This document shows positions 27,601 to 42,600 of a DNA stretch of 64,000 bases, in pieces. Positions within the stretch are counted from its first letter, which is position 1; every line of letters starts with the position of its first letter. The translations under genes and the position numbers were made by a program. The notes beneath the pieces were generated by a model. That model made no database searches. It saw only the letters and a list, made by a program, of their open reading frames with translations, and was not told the DNA's origin. The stretch spans positions 682,001 through 746,000 of the forward strand of contig NC_086097.1 in the NCBI RefSeq assembly GCF_963921235.1. The letters are read 5' to 3'. The DNA is from Mobula hypostoma (Eukaryota).

Positions 27601-30600
27601 ATGTGCTGGCAGCTCATTCCATATCCTCTTGACCCTCTGAGTAAAGAAGTTTCCTCTCATGTTCTCCTTAAACTTTTCACCTTTCGCCTTTAACCCATGA
27701 CTGTAGTCCCACCCAACCTCGGTGGAAAAAGCCTGTTTGCATTTTCCCAATCAATACACCTCCATAATTTTGTATATTCAATCAAATCTCCTCTCAATCT
27801 TCTATGTTCCAAAGAATAAAGTCCTAACCCATTCAATCTTTCCTTCTAATTCAGTTCCTCCAGACCCAGCAAAATCCTTGTAATTTTTCTGTGCATTCTT
27901 TCAACGTTACTTTAAGTCAAGTCAAGTTTATTGTCATTTCGACCATAAGCCGCTGGTACAGTACACAGTAAAAACGAAACCATGTTCCTCCAGGACCTTG
28001 GTGCTACATGAAACAACACAAAACTACACTAAACTATGTGAGACAGCACAAGGCTACACTAGACTACGTAAAATAACATAAAAACTGCACTAGACTACAG
28101 ACCTGCACAGGACTACATAAAGTGCACAAAACAGTGCAGGGCAGTACAATAATTAATAAACAAGACAATAAACACAGTAGAGGACAAATTACAGTATAAT
28201 AATAAATGATGTAGATGTCAGTCTAGACTCTGAGTATTGAGGAGTCTGATGGCTTGGGGGAAGAAACTGTTGCACAGTCAGGTGACCACAACTGCACACA
28301 ATACTCCCCATTGGGCCTCACTAATATCTTATACAACATCAACATAGCATTTCACCTCCTGTACTCGATACTTTGATTTCTGAATGCCAATGTTCCAAAA
28401 GCTTTCTTTACAATCTTATTTACCTGTGATGAATGATGGACCTCTATTCCCAGATCCCTTTGCTCTACTACACTCCTCAGTGCCCTACCGTTCACTGTAA
28501 AATAAAGGGCTAATTACCCTAGGTAATTTCTCAGGTAAGGACATGTTCAGCACAGCTCTGTGGGCCAAAGGGCCTGTATTGTGCTGTAGGTTTTCTATGT
28601 TTCTATGTCTCTCATTATCGCCATGATCTAATTTTTAATTAAGAGCAGTATGTTGACAGAATAATGTGGAGTACCTGAAATATGGATTTATACCAGCACC
28701 AAGTAACCAACAGCAGCCAATATATCTGTTGTGTGAAAAAGTTTTTTTTCCAAATGAAGCAATGAAACTGTCCAGGTTCCTTGAACGTTTGAAGAGAATA
28801 CACTCTGATAAAGCAAACAAGAACTTGGCTTATTGTCAGTCACTTCGTGAAAACTTTCAGAAATGAAAAAACACTCAAAACATGTATGCCAGCACTTCAT
28901 AACAAAAGAGTAATGGTTTGCATGCTTCATACAATATTTCATTGCTCATTGCTAAATCTGGAAAGCCCCATACAATTGGAGAAGAACTGACTGTGCAACA
29001 GTAAGAGAGCTTCTGGGTAATGTTCTACACAAGTCACCAGAGCAAATAATTAAAGTGATTCCACTCAGTGACAACTTTGTTTAAAGATGAAATGTCTGAG
29101 AATGTGGAAGACACAATGTGCAACATGAATGGGACAATGGAATTCACTCTGCAGTTGGATAGGTCAATTTGCCAGGCAATGAATCTTTGCTTCTGGCTTA
29201 TGTTCGCTTCATAAAACATGAAAGCATGGTACAGTAATCACAAACAAGAGAAAATCTGCAGATGCTGAAAACCCAAGCAAAATAGGCAGCACCTATGGAA
29301 AAGAGTATTGTCGATGTTTCAGGCCGAAACACTTTGAAATATTTTGTGTGTGGCATGGTACTAGAGTTTTTATTTGCAAGGGGACTAGAAATAGATATGA
29401 CGGAGAGTCAATATTCAGGTTGTTGAACAATTTTTCAAAGAGGACATTCTGCTCAACAATATTCTTGCTTGTGCAACAGATGGGCACCATCAATGAAAGG
29501 ACACTACCCTAGGCTATTACTTTCTTGAAAAAAAACTGTATGTAACATAATAGTATTTACCATTCACTGTATAATTCAGATACCTTCTCACAAAAATCCT
29601 ACGTGATCAGCTGCATAAATCATTAAATACTGTTATCACAGCAGTAAATAAAATCAGGTCCCATGCTCTCAATTCTCAACTATTTCAAGAAATTTGTATT
29701 GAGAATGATCAACAGTTTGAATGCTTGCTGTTGTACACAGAAGTCAGATGGCTTCATTGTCACTTTTGCATCAGTCTTCAATGCGGAAGATTCTGACAGT
29801 ATAATGAAAGTTTGAAAGCGTCAGAGGTCAGAAGTATGTGAAGTTGCCATTACGAGGAAGAAGTATCTTGGAAAACTGAAAGGTCTGAAGGTAGATAAGT
29901 CACCTGGATCAAATGGTGTACACCCCAAAGTTCTGAAAGAGGTGGCTGAAGAGAGTGTGGAGGCATTAGTAATGATCTTCCAAGAATCACTAGATTCTGG
30001 AATGGTCATAATAACATAGAAAACCTACAGCACAATACAGGCCCTTCGGCCCATGATGCTGTGCCCTCTATTTTTCTAAGCTCTATGTACCTATCCAGGA
30101 GTCTCTTAAAAGACGCTATCAAATCCGCCTCCATCACCGTCGCCAGCAGCCCATTCCACACACTTACCACCCTCTGGGTAAAAAACTTGCCCCGACATAC
30201 TTCCTCTGTACCTACTTCCAAGCACCTTAAAACTGTGCCCTCTCGTGTTAGCCATTTCAGCCCTGAGAAAAAGCCTCTAACTAGCTACACCATCAATGCC
30301 TCTCATCATCTTATACACCTGGAAGACTGGAAAATTGAAAGTGTCACTCCACTCTTCAAGAAGGGAGAGGAGCAGTAGAAAGGAAATTGTAGGCCACTTC
30401 ATCTCTTCTCAGTGGTTGGGAAGATGTTGGAGTTGATAGTTGAGGATGTGGTTTTGAAGTACTTGAATGCACATGATAAAATAGGCCGTAGTCAGCTTGA
30501 TTTCCTCAAGGGAAAATCTTGCCTGACAAATCTGTTGAAATTCTTTGAAGAAGTAACAAGCAGGATAGACAAAAGAGAATCGATGGATGTTGTATACTTG

Positions 30601-33600
30601 GATATTCAGAAGGACTTTGACAAGGTGCCAAACATGAAGCTGCTTAACAGGTTAAGAGCCTATGGTATTACAGGAAAGATGCTAGCAAGAATTAAGCAAT
30701 GGATGATTGGCTGGAAGCAAAGAGTGGGAATAAAGGGAGACTTCTCTGGTTGGCTGCCGATGACTACTGGTTTTCCACATGGGTTTATGTTAGGATCACT
30801 TCCTTTTATGTTAAATGTCAATGACTTGGATGATGGAATCGATGGCTTTGTTAAAAAGTTTGTGGACGATACAAAGATAGGTGGAAAGGCAGGTCATTCT
30901 GAGGAAATAAAGAGGGTACAGAAGGACTTAGATAGATTGGGAGAATGGGCAAAGAAGTGGCAGATGGATTACAGTGTTGGGAAGTGTATGATCATGCACT
31001 TTAGTAGATGGCTATTTTCCAAATGGAGAGAAAATTCAAAAATGTGAAGTGCAAAGTGACTTGAAAGTTCTTGTGCAGAATTCCCTGAAGGTTAATTTGC
31101 AGGTTCAGTCACTGGTGAGGAAGGCAAAGGCGATGCTAGCATTCATTTCAAGAGGACAAGAATAGCAAGGATGTAATGTTGAGATTTTATAAAACATTGG
31201 TGTGGCATCAGCTGGAGTATTGTGAACTGTTTTGGGCCCCTGATCTTAGAAAGGATGTGCTAACATTGGAGAGGGTTCAAAGTAGGTTCTCAAAAATGTT
31301 TCCAGCATTGAACAACTTGCCTTATGAAGAGCATTTGATAGCTCTGGGCCTGTATCATGAGAATTCAGAAGAATGAGGGGTGACCTCATTGAAACATATC
31401 AAATGGTGAAAGGCCTTGATAGAGTGGATGTGGAGAGGATATTTCCTAGGCTGCAAGAGTCTAAGACCAGAGGACACAGCCTCAGAATACCATAAGACCA
31501 TAAGACAAAAGAGCAGAAGTTGGCCATTCGGCCCATCGAGTCTGCTCCGCCATTTTATCATGAGCTGATCCATTCTCCCACTTAGTCCCACTCCCCCCGC
31601 CTTCTCACCATAACCTTTGATGCCCTGGCTACTCAGATACCTATCAACCTCTGCCTTAAATAAACCCAATGACTTGGCCTCCACTGCTGCCCGTGGTAAC
31701 AAATTCCATAGATTCACCACCCTCTGACTAAAAAAATTTCTTTGCATTTCTGTTCTGAATGGGTGCCCTTCAATCCTTCAGTCATGCCCTCTCGAACTAG
31801 ACTCCCCCATCATGGGAAACAACTTTGCCACATCCACTCGGTCCATGCCTTTCAACATTCAAAATGTTTCTATGAGGTCTCCCCTCATTCTTCTAAACTC
31901 CAAGGAATACAGTCCAGGAGCGGACAAATGTTCCTCATATGTTAACCCTCTCATTCCCGGAATCATTCTAGTGACTCTTCTCTGTACCCTTTCCAATGTC
32001 AGCACATCCTTTCTTAAATAAGTGGACCAAAACTGCCCACAGTACTCCAAGTGAGGTCTCACCAGCACATTATAGAGCCTCAACATCACATCCCTGCTCC
32101 TATACTCTATTCCTCTAGAAATGAATGCCAACATTGCATTCGCCTTCTTCACTACCGACTCAACCTGGAGGTTAACCTTGAGGGTATCCTGTACGAGGAC
32201 TCCCAAGTCCCGTTGCATCTCAGAACTTTGAATTCTTTCCCCATTTAAATAATAGTCTGCCCGTTTATTATTCTGCCAAAGTGCATAACCATACACTTTC
32301 CAACATTGTACTTCATTTACCACTTCTCTGCCCGTTCTTCAAATCTATCCAAGTCTCTCTGCAGACTCTCCGTTTCCTCAGCACTACTGGCCCCTCCACC
32401 TATCTTTGTATCGTCAGCAAACTTAGCCACAAAGCCATCTATTCCATAATCCAAATCGTTGATGTACAATTTAAAGGAAGCGGCCCCAACACAGACCCCT
32501 GTGGAACACCACTGGTAACCGGCAGCCAACCAGAATAGGATCCCTTTATTCCCACTCTCTGTTTCCTGTCAATCAGCCAGCGCTCTATCCACTTATGTAA
32601 CTTTTCCGTAATTCCATGGGCTCTTATCTTGTTAAGTAGTCTCATGTGTGGCACCTTGTCAAAGGCTTTCTGAAAATCCAAATATACAACATCCACTGCA
32701 TCTCCCTTGTCCAGCACTCTGGTAATTTCCTCAAAAAATTGTAATAGGTTTGTCAGGCAGGATTTTCCTTTAAGAAATCCATGCTGAGTTCTGCCTATCT
32801 TGTCATATGCCTCCAGGTACTCTGTAACCTCATCCTTGACAATCGACTCCAACAACTTCCCAACCACAGATGTCAAGCTAACAGGTCTATAAAGATGATC
32901 CTGACTCTCCGAAACCCCTACAGTTACTTTCCCCATATCTACTTCTTACATATTGTGGGAATCTTTGTGTCCATCTCCTCTTAGGCAGCGTAATCATCTT
33001 CTGGGTGAAAATGTTCTTTCACAAATTCCCAGTCAAGTCAAGTCAAGTCGCTTTTTATTGTCATTTCGACAATAAACTGCTGGTACAGTACACAGTAAAA
33101 ATGAAACAACATTCCTCCAGGACCATGGTGCTATATGAAACAACACAAAAACTACACTAGACTAAGTGAGACAACACAAGGCTACACTAGACTACTTAAG
33201 ACAACACAAAAACTTCACTAGACTACAGACCTACACAGCACTACATAAAGTGCACAAAACAGTGCAGGGCAATACAATAAATAATAAACAAGACAACAGG
33301 CACAGTAGAGGACAAATTACAATATAGTAATAAATGATGCAGATATTCAGTCTAGACTCTGAGTATTATGGAGTCTGATGGCTTGGGGGAAGACCTCATC
33401 ATCAACACAACCATTGTTTCTGTGTGGCTCGTAAGATTGGTGTAGACAGCTGGGTATAAGGGGATGGCAAATGATGAAGGCAGGCCAGTAGGTAGGGGTA
33501 TGAATGATAAGATAGGTGAGCAGAACTGACGGGGAAGGAAGCTTGGGTAGGGGATGGTTGGGAGTGCAGGAGAGACTGACAGCAGTGAGGGACCATCATG

Positions 33601-36600
33601 GATATGATGGCAGCATTGAGGCAGATCAGATGAGAAGAGGGTACAGAATGGGGTCGACTCAGCACTAGGGAATAGAGTAAAAGGAAACAGAGATGTTCCT
33701 GTTGGCAATGGATGGGAGTGGGGGTACCACCGGGAGATTGATGGGCAGCAGAAATGTGTGGGACCAGTTCAGGGGGAGAGTAGATGGTGGCTGCATTGTG
33801 GAATTACAGACAGTCCTTCCTCACTCACTCTGCAGGAACGTTTGCGATGGTTATACGGCCAAAGTGTTGCGGGCTGTCTCCTGGAACATAAATGTTCATC
33901 AGTCAGTGGTAGGTGCAAGTGCAACAAGACAAAGCACAGACTTCCCCCTCCCAGTGGTCAGAGCCAGTGGTTTTATCCAGTGTCTGCAGCCCAAGGCTAG
34001 CTCCTTGCTCTTGACCAATTCACTTGCCCTCCCCTTCCTCAGCTCCCAGTTCTACCCCAGTCTCTCCAATGTGAAAACTTAGATCGCTCCATGGTCTCAC
34101 AGGACCTGAACTTGTTCTGGTCCACCACCACCCTGATTTCTCTGCAAGCCCCCAAACAAAGAGGCACCTGGTATTCACAAATGTAATAACTAGTGCCAAC
34201 ACCTCCAGTTTAGGAAATTAGCCCTCTGCACCTCTCTCTTCCCTACAATGATCTTTAGGGTGCACCTCTTTGGCCAGGCTTTTGATCCATCTGCCACACT
34301 TCCCCACCTACTCTGTTACACACACCTGTTACTGCTGACCTCTGGTGCCATGCCTTCTCTGCTCCCAGTAAGATCCCAGACAAAGGAGCAGAATTAGGCC
34401 ATTGAGCCCATCGAGTCTGCATCGCTATTCAATCATGGCTGATTTATTATTCCTCTTTATAAGACCATACCCCGTTATAAGACCTTAAGACATTCTCCTG
34501 TCTTCTCCCCATAACCTCTTCACATGCCTACTAATCAAGAACCTATTAACCTCTGTTTTAAGTATGCCCAGAGATAGCCTCCACAGCCATCTGTGGCAAT
34601 GAATTCCACAGATTCACCATCCTCTGACTAAAGAACACAGATCCTTACCCAGCAGGTCCCCCGAGAAGTTGACAGGAAGGATGATGGCGATGGAGAAGAC
34701 ACAGACCACACTGAGGAGAACTAAGATGTGACGCTGGAACGAGAGATACACGATGGCGTCGATTCCGCACTTGTATTGAATTTCATCATCTCTGAGTACA
34801 AACACAGTGGATACAGCTCCAGTTTCACAGACAGCTACAAGAACTGCTATCAGCCCATCCCCTCCCAACACCTCTGCTTCCTCTGCCCTTGTTCCTTCTC
34901 ACCTCATGTTGTGGCTTCTAATGCTCCTCATTCACTCCTACAGAGCCCTGTCACTCGATGTACTCTGCCCAAAATGCTCTCCCTCAGCCCCTTCTTCACC
35001 ACAGCCCCTCACAGCATCCTCCCTCATTTTTAGCAGGGCGCCAGTTCAAAACCATCTGTGTAAACGGAAGCAGGGAGAAAACCTGACATCGACATCACTA
35101 CTGAATGTGAATATTTCACAACGAGCAAGTCAGTGGTTGACTATACTGCCACTTCACAGCCTCCCCAGGGAGGTATAAGGCAGGATAAAAAGGAACAACA
35201 TCCACTTGCAGGGATGACTGCAGCTCCAACACCTCCCATCTTGGATAAAGCAGCATGTTTGATTGTCCACCCCAATCCCAGTTCACCACAAAAAACATTC
35301 CCTCCACTACTGGTGTAGAGTGGTGGTAGAATATACCACCTGCAAAATGCACTGCCGATTTCTAAAAGAACCTCACAAATTCGTAACCTCTATGACCCGT
35401 GATGCAGCGGGAGTGTTTAAAAGAGAGACGATTAATGGAGCAGGTGACGGAGTAGTGGGAGACAGAGTAGGAAGGCTTTGACTTCTGAGGCTTTGGTGAG
35501 CTGAGGAAGAGCTTCACTCCAAGTGAGGTAAGGTTGGGTAAGTTCCTTTAATAAATCTAATTACCTTAAGAGTAGGTAATGGAGGCAGCAGTTAGGGCAA
35601 TTGAGTGCTCCATTTGCAGTATGTGGGAAGTCAGGGCGAGCACAATCGTCCCTGATGATTACACCTGTAAAAGGTGCATCCAGCTGCAGCTCCTGATAAA
35701 CCGAGTTAGGGAGCTGGAGCTGGATGAACTTCGGATCATTCGGGAGGCAGAGGCAGAAATAAACAGGAGTTACAGGGAGATAGTCACCACTAAGAGTCAG
35801 GAGACAGGTAGCTGGGTGACTGTAAAAAGAGGGAAGGGGAATAGACAGAATGAGCAGAGCACTCCTGTGGTTGTTCTCACCAATAATAAGTACATCGTTT
35901 TGGACACTGTTGAGGGGGACGACCTACCAGGGACAAGTTGCAGTGGTTGTGTCTCTAGCACCGAGATGGGACCCTCAACTCAGAAGGGAAGGAGGGAAAA
36001 GAGGAGAGCAGTAGTGATAGCGGATTCGATAGTTAGGGGGACAGATGAGAGGTTCTGTGGAAGAGATCGAGAATCCCAGATGGTCTGTTACATCGCTGGT
36101 ACCAAGGTCCGCAATATCTCGGATCGAGTTCTCGGTATTCTCAAGAGGGAGGGTGAGCAGCCGGATGTTGTGGTCCATGTAGGGACTAATGACATGGGTA
36201 GGAAGAGTGAGGAGGTCCTGAATGGTGAGTTTAGGGAGATAGGTGCCAAGTTAAAGGACAGGACCTCCAGGATAGCAATCTCAGGATTGCTACCAGGGCC
36301 ACGCGCAGGCGGGTTTAGAAATAGTAAGATAGCGCAGATCAACACGTGGCTGAAGACATGGTGCAGGAGGGAGGGCTTCAGATTTATAGATAATTGGGCA
36401 GTTTTCCAGGGAAGATGGGACCTGTTCCGGCGGGACCGTTTACATCTGAACTGGAGGGGGACAAATATTCTTGCAGGTAGGTTTGCTAGAAAGGATCCGG
36501 TGGATTTAAACTAGATACAAGGGGGGAGGGGAACCAGAGTGTAGGAACAGATGTAGGGGAGAAGGAAGAAAAAGAAAATAGTAAAGTTGTTTGCACCGTT

Positions 36601-39600
36601 GGTGATAAACAGAGAGTAAGAGGTGGAAAATTTCTTAAATGCATTTATTTTAATGCTAGGAGCATTATAAGAAAGATGCATGAGCTTAAAGCATGGATTG
36701 ATACCTGGAAGTATGATGTGGTAGCTATTAGTGAAACTTGGTTACAGGCGGGGTGTGATTGGCAACTAAATATTCTTGGATTTAATTGCTTCAGGTGTGA
36801 TAGAATTGGAGGGACAAGAGGGGGAGATGTTGCATTGCTTGTCAGAGAAAATCTTACAGCAGTGCTCTTGCAGGATTGGTTAGAGGGCTCATCTAGGGAG
36901 GCTATTTGGCTGGAATTGAGGAATGGAAAAGGTGTAGTAACACTTATGGTGGTGTATTATAGACCACCAAATGGGGAGCAAGAATTGGAGGAGCAAATTT
37001 GTAAGGAGATAGCAGATATTTGTAGTAAGCACAAGGTTGTGATTGTGGGAGATTTTAATTTTCCACACATAGACTGGGAAGCCCATTCTGTAAAAGGGCT
37101 GGACGGTTTGGAGTTTGTAAAATGTGTGCAGGAAAGTTGTTTGCAGCAATACATAGAGGTACCAACTGGAGAAGGGGCAGTGTTGGATCTCCTGTTAGGG
37201 AATGAGATAGGTCAGGTGACAGAGGTTTGTGTTGGGGAGCACTTCAGGTCCAGTGATCACAATGTTATTAGTTTCAATATAATTATGGAGAAAGATAGGT
37301 CTGGACCCAGGGTTGAGATTTTTGATTGGAGAAAGGCTAACTTTGAGGAGATGTGAAAGGATTTAGAAGGAGTGGATTGGGACAATTTGTTTTATGGGAA
37401 GGATGTAATAAAGAAATGGAGGTCATTTAAAGGTGAAATTTTAAGGGTACAGGATCTTTATGTTCCTGTTAGGTTGAAAGGAAAGGTTAAAAGTTTGAGA
37501 GAGCCATGGTTTTCAAGGGATATTAGAAATTTGGTTCGAAAAAAGAGATATCTACAATAAATATAGGCAGCATGGAGTAAATGAAGTGCTCGAGGAATAT
37601 AAAGAATGTAAAAAGAATCTTAAGAAAGAAATTAGAAAAGCTAAAAGAAGATATGAGGTTGCTTTGGCAAGTAGGTGAAAATAAATCCCAAAGGTTTCTA
37701 CAGTTATATTAATAGCAAAAGGATAGTGAGGGATAAAATTGGTCCCTTAGTGAATCAGAGTAGTCAGCTATGTGTGGAGCCGAAAGAAATGGGGGAGATT
37801 CTGAACAATTTCTTTTCTCGGTATTCACTAAGGAGAAGGATATTGAATTGTGTAAGATAAGGGAAACAGGTAGGGAAGTTATGGAAACTATGATGATTAA
37901 AGAAGAGGAAGTACTGGTGCTTATAAGAAATATAAAAGTGGATAAGTCTCCGGGTCCTGAAAGGATATTCCCTCGGACCTTGAGGGAAATTAGTGTGGAA
38001 ATAGCAGGGCCTCTGACAAGGTCATGTTTGACAAACCTTATTGAATTTTTTGAAGAGGTTACCAGGAAAGTTGACGAGGGTAAAGCGGTGGATGTTGTCT
38101 GTATGGACTTCAGTAAGACCTTTGACAAGGTTCCACATGGAAAGTTAGTTAGGAAGGTTCAATCGTTAGGTATTAATATTGAAGTAGTAAAATGGATTCA
38201 ACAGTGGCTGGATGGGAGACGCCAGAGAGTAGTGGTGGATAACTGTTTGTCAGATTGGAGCCCAGTGACTAGTGGTGTGCCTCAGGGATATGTACTGGGT
38301 CCAATGTTGTTTGTCATATACATTAATGATCTGGATGATGGGGTGGTAAATTGGATTAGTAAGTATGCAGATGATACTAAGATAGGTGGAGTTGTGGATA
38401 ATGAAGTAGGTTTTCAAAGCTTGCAGAGAGATTTAGGCCAGTTAGAAGAGTGGGCTGAAAGATGGCAGATGGAGTTTAATGCTGATAAATGTGAGGTGCT
38501 ACATTTTGGTAGGACTAATCAAAATAGGACATACATGGTAAATGATAGGGCATTGAAGAATGCAGTAGAACAGAGGGATCTAGGAATAATAGTGCATAAT
38601 TCCTTGAAGGTGGAATCTCATGTGGATAGGATGGTGAAGAAAGCTTTTGGTATGCTGGCCTTTATTAATCAGAGCATTGAGTATAGGAGTTGGGGTGCAA
38701 TGTTGAAATTGTACAAGGCATTAGTGAGGCCAAATTTTGATCATTGTGTACAGTTTTGGTCACCGAATTACAGGAAAGATGTCAACAAAATAGAGAGAGT
38801 ACAGAGAAGATTTACTAGAATGTAACCTGGGTTTCGTCACCTAAGTTACAGAGAAAGGTTGAACAAGTTGGGTCTTTATTATTTGGAACGTAGAAGGTTG
38901 AGGGAGGACTTGATAGAGGGATTTAAAATTATGAGGGGGATAGATAGAGTTGACGTGGATAGGCTTTTTCCATTGAGAGTGGGGGAGATTCAAACAAGAG
39001 GACATGAGTTGAGAGTTAAAGGGCAAAAGTTGAGGGGTAACACGAAGGGGAGCTTCTTTACTCAGAGAGTGGTAGCTGTGTGGAACAAGCTTCTAGCAGA
39101 AGTGGTTGAGGCAGGTTCGATGTTGTCGTTTAAAGTTAAAATTGGACAGCTATATGGACAGGAAAGGAATGGGGGGTTTTGGGCTGAGTGCAGGTCGGTG
39201 GGACTAGGTGAGAGTAAGAGTTCAGCGTGGACTAGAAGGGCTGAGATGGCCTGTTTCCATGCTGTAATTGTTATATAGTTATATGACCAAGGTGGTCATG
39301 GGCAACAGGTGATTAGGAACACCACCATCCACACAGCCATTCCTTCTCACAACATCTTCGAAGATAGAACATAAAACAATCTATCAGAAATCAATCTGTC
39401 AGAAATTCTGTTCCATTTCGCTTGATTATTCTGTTCAAACTGAGACCCAACTGGAGAACTTCTTCCTGTAATTCCTTCTTCTGACACCCAGTCACTATAC
39501 TACATGTTAAATAAGCAGACACTTCATTGGTCACATCATTCTTTCTGAATGTTTGCAGTTTCATTTTTTATTGTTTGTTACCTTAAATGGTTCTTAACCT

Positions 39601-42600
39601 CTCTGATTTATTTTCATTACAATAGTTATGGGTTTAGGCTATGTCCACACTAGACTGGATAATTTTGAAAATGCCGGTTTCGCGTAAAAATGATAGGCAT
39701 TCACACCAGGCGTTTTTGAAAATACCTCTGTCCACATTAAAATGGGTATTTGGACGAATCTCCTCCTACTGGGCATGCACAGGACACACAGAAAACAAGT
39801 GAAGAGGAAACGGTATACTTGGTGCGCGTTTGTCCAGTTACAGACTAGAAAAACTTAAAAGGAAATTGCCAGACGAAAGACTTGGTGCATGTTTAGAAAC
39901 CATAGAAACCTTAGAAAAACTACAGCACAGAAACAGGCATTTTGGCCCTTCTTGGCTGTGCCGAACCATTTTCTGCCTAGTCCCACTGACCTGCACATGG
40001 ACCATATCCCTCCATACTCCTCCCATCCATGTATCTGTCCAATTTATTCTTAAATGTTAAAAAAGAACCCGTATTTACCACCTCGTCTGGCAGCTCATTC
40101 CATACTCCCACCACTCTCTGTGTGAAGAAGCCCCCCCTAATGTTCCCTTTAAGCTTTTCTCCCCTCACCCTTAACCCATGTCCTCTGGTTTTTTTCTCCC
40201 CTTGCCTCAGTGGAAAAAGCCTGCTTGCATTCACTCTATCTATACCCACCATAATTTTATATACCTCTATCAAATCTCCCCTCATTCTTCTACACTCCAG
40301 GGAATAAAGTCCTAACCTATTCAACCTTTCTCTGTAACTCAGTTCCTCAAGTCCCGGCAACATCCTTGTAAACCTCCTCTGCACTCTTTCAACCTTATTT
40401 ATATCCTTCCTGTAATTTGGTGACCAAAACTGAACACAATACTCCAGATTCAGCCTCACCAATGCCTTATACAACCTCATCATAACATTCCAGCTCTTAT
40501 ACTCAATACTTTGAATAATAAAGGCCAATGTACCAAAAGCTCTCTTTACGATCCTATTTCCCTGTGACGCCACTTTTAGGGAATTTTGTATCTGTATTCC
40601 CAGATCCCTCTGTTCTACTACACTCCTCAGTGCCCTACCATTTACCCTGTATGTTCTACCTTGGCTTGTCCTTCCAAAGTGCAATACCTCACACTTGTCT
40701 GTATTAAACTCCATCTGCCATTTTTAAGCCCATTTTTCCAGTTGGTCCAGAAACGTTTCCTACAGCCATAGTCTCGTCACCGATGAAAGGGACGACAGCT
40801 ACAACTAAATGCAAGAAGGCTTGTTACTGGGCAAAAGTGAAATTTGCTGTTACCTCATTCGTTTGCCTTTACTTTTGCCATGTCTTTGTGTATTATTTTG
40901 CTGTATTTAACATGTGCAATCAAACAAGTTACTGGGCAAAAGTGACAATTGCATCTATTGAATGTTTGCACAAGCAATACATTAATAAAGCATCTTGTTA
41001 AATGTATAAAACATGTCTGCATCAGTGTTACATTGTATTTCCATACAATGTTACATTGGGATGTTACACATCCATTGTCAGATATTGTTGTGGTGTTGGA
41101 GGTTGCGTTTAAGAAAACAATTAAATGCCGCGCTGCCGCCACCATTTGTTCCGGCACGTCATGACAGCGTTTTTAAAATTAGCCAGTTACCCCGTACACA
41201 CTACAACAGCCAACCGGCGTTTTCAGATTTAAACACTCTGGAGAGTGTTTTAGAAAAGCTCCGTTTTTGGGGGAGGAAAACTCCATTTCAGTGTGGTCGG
41301 AGGGTCAAAACGAAGAGAAAAAGCTTCGGTTACAGATTTATCCAGTCTAGTGTGGACGTAGCCTTATTCTCATCTTCCTCAGGAACTGGTAATGTCCATT
41401 AACAAGGAAATTGTCACCATGACACTGCTACCATTGACACATCATTTCTTCTGTATTCTGACATGTGGCTGAAGGAGGTGACTATATGTAACTCTCTTCA
41501 CACAGCAGAAATCACAAGGATTAAGCAATGAACATTCAACATACCTCATGTGATAGAGTGTGGTCAGCCATGAACAAAAGCCCTACCGAAAAACAAAACA
41601 AAATGAAAAATCCATTAATTTGAAGCTAAGATCACATATCAGAATCAGAATCACTTTATTGCCAGTATGTGAAACTTACCAGAATTGACTGTGATTTAGT
41701 GCCAAGTTTGAAACACAGGACAATCCCATAACATACAACACAATAGCAACCACCAATTTACAAGACATTAGTGCCAATGGCCATTAGCAATCAACAATTA
41801 GAACGGTCACATGAGCAAACATCAGTAATCAAATTTAAATAAATGAGAACATATGAACAGACTCGATAATTATCAACAAATCGGGAAAGACCATTTAATA
41901 GATGAAATTTTAGCAACACAGAAATTACCATAAGACCATAAGATATAGGAGCAGAATTAGGCCATTTGGCCTATCAAGTCTGCTCCACCATTTCATCATG
42001 ACTGATCCAATTTTTCTTCTCAGACCCAGTCTCCTACCTTTTCCTCGTATCCCTTCATGCCCTGACCAATCAAGAATCTATCAACCTCTGCCTTAAATAT
42101 TCATAAAGATTTGGCCTCCACCGCTGCCTGTGGCAAAGAATTCCACAGACTCACCACTCTATGGCTAAAGAAATTCCTTTTTATCTCTGTTCTAAAAGGA
42201 TGCCCCTCTATTCTGAGGCTGTGTCCTCTGGTCTTAGACTCTCCCACCATTGGAAACATCCTCTCCATATCCACTCTGTCAATGTCTTTCACCATTCAAT
42301 AGGTTTCAAGGAGGTCACCCCTCATTCTTCTGAGTTCCAGTGAATACAGGCCAAGAGCCATCAAACACTCTTCATATGTCAAGCCATTCAATCCTGGAGT
42401 CATTTTTGTGAACCTCCTTTGAACCCTCTCCAGTTTCAGCACATCCTTTCTAAGGTAAGGGGTCCAAAGGCACTGTAATATCATCCTTCCATACTGATCT
42501 CCCTCATGGAACTCATTGCTGCAGGCAGGACAAGTGCTCCACCTGCCTTTACACCTCCTCCCTCACCTTGAGGTGAGGCAACACTTCACTTGTGAGTCTA

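Noticed and set aside
28005..28135. CRISPR-like array (aaaactacactagactac units, also at about 33140-33260)
   Set aside because: Degenerate internal tandem repeats of a LINE 3'UTR in vertebrate DNA; no unique spacers and no cas genes.
28630..29755. Domesticated ZBED/SCAND3/FAM200-like gene
   Set aside because: Multiple stops, frameshifts and an internal insertion; no TIRs located; treated as a transposase fossil.
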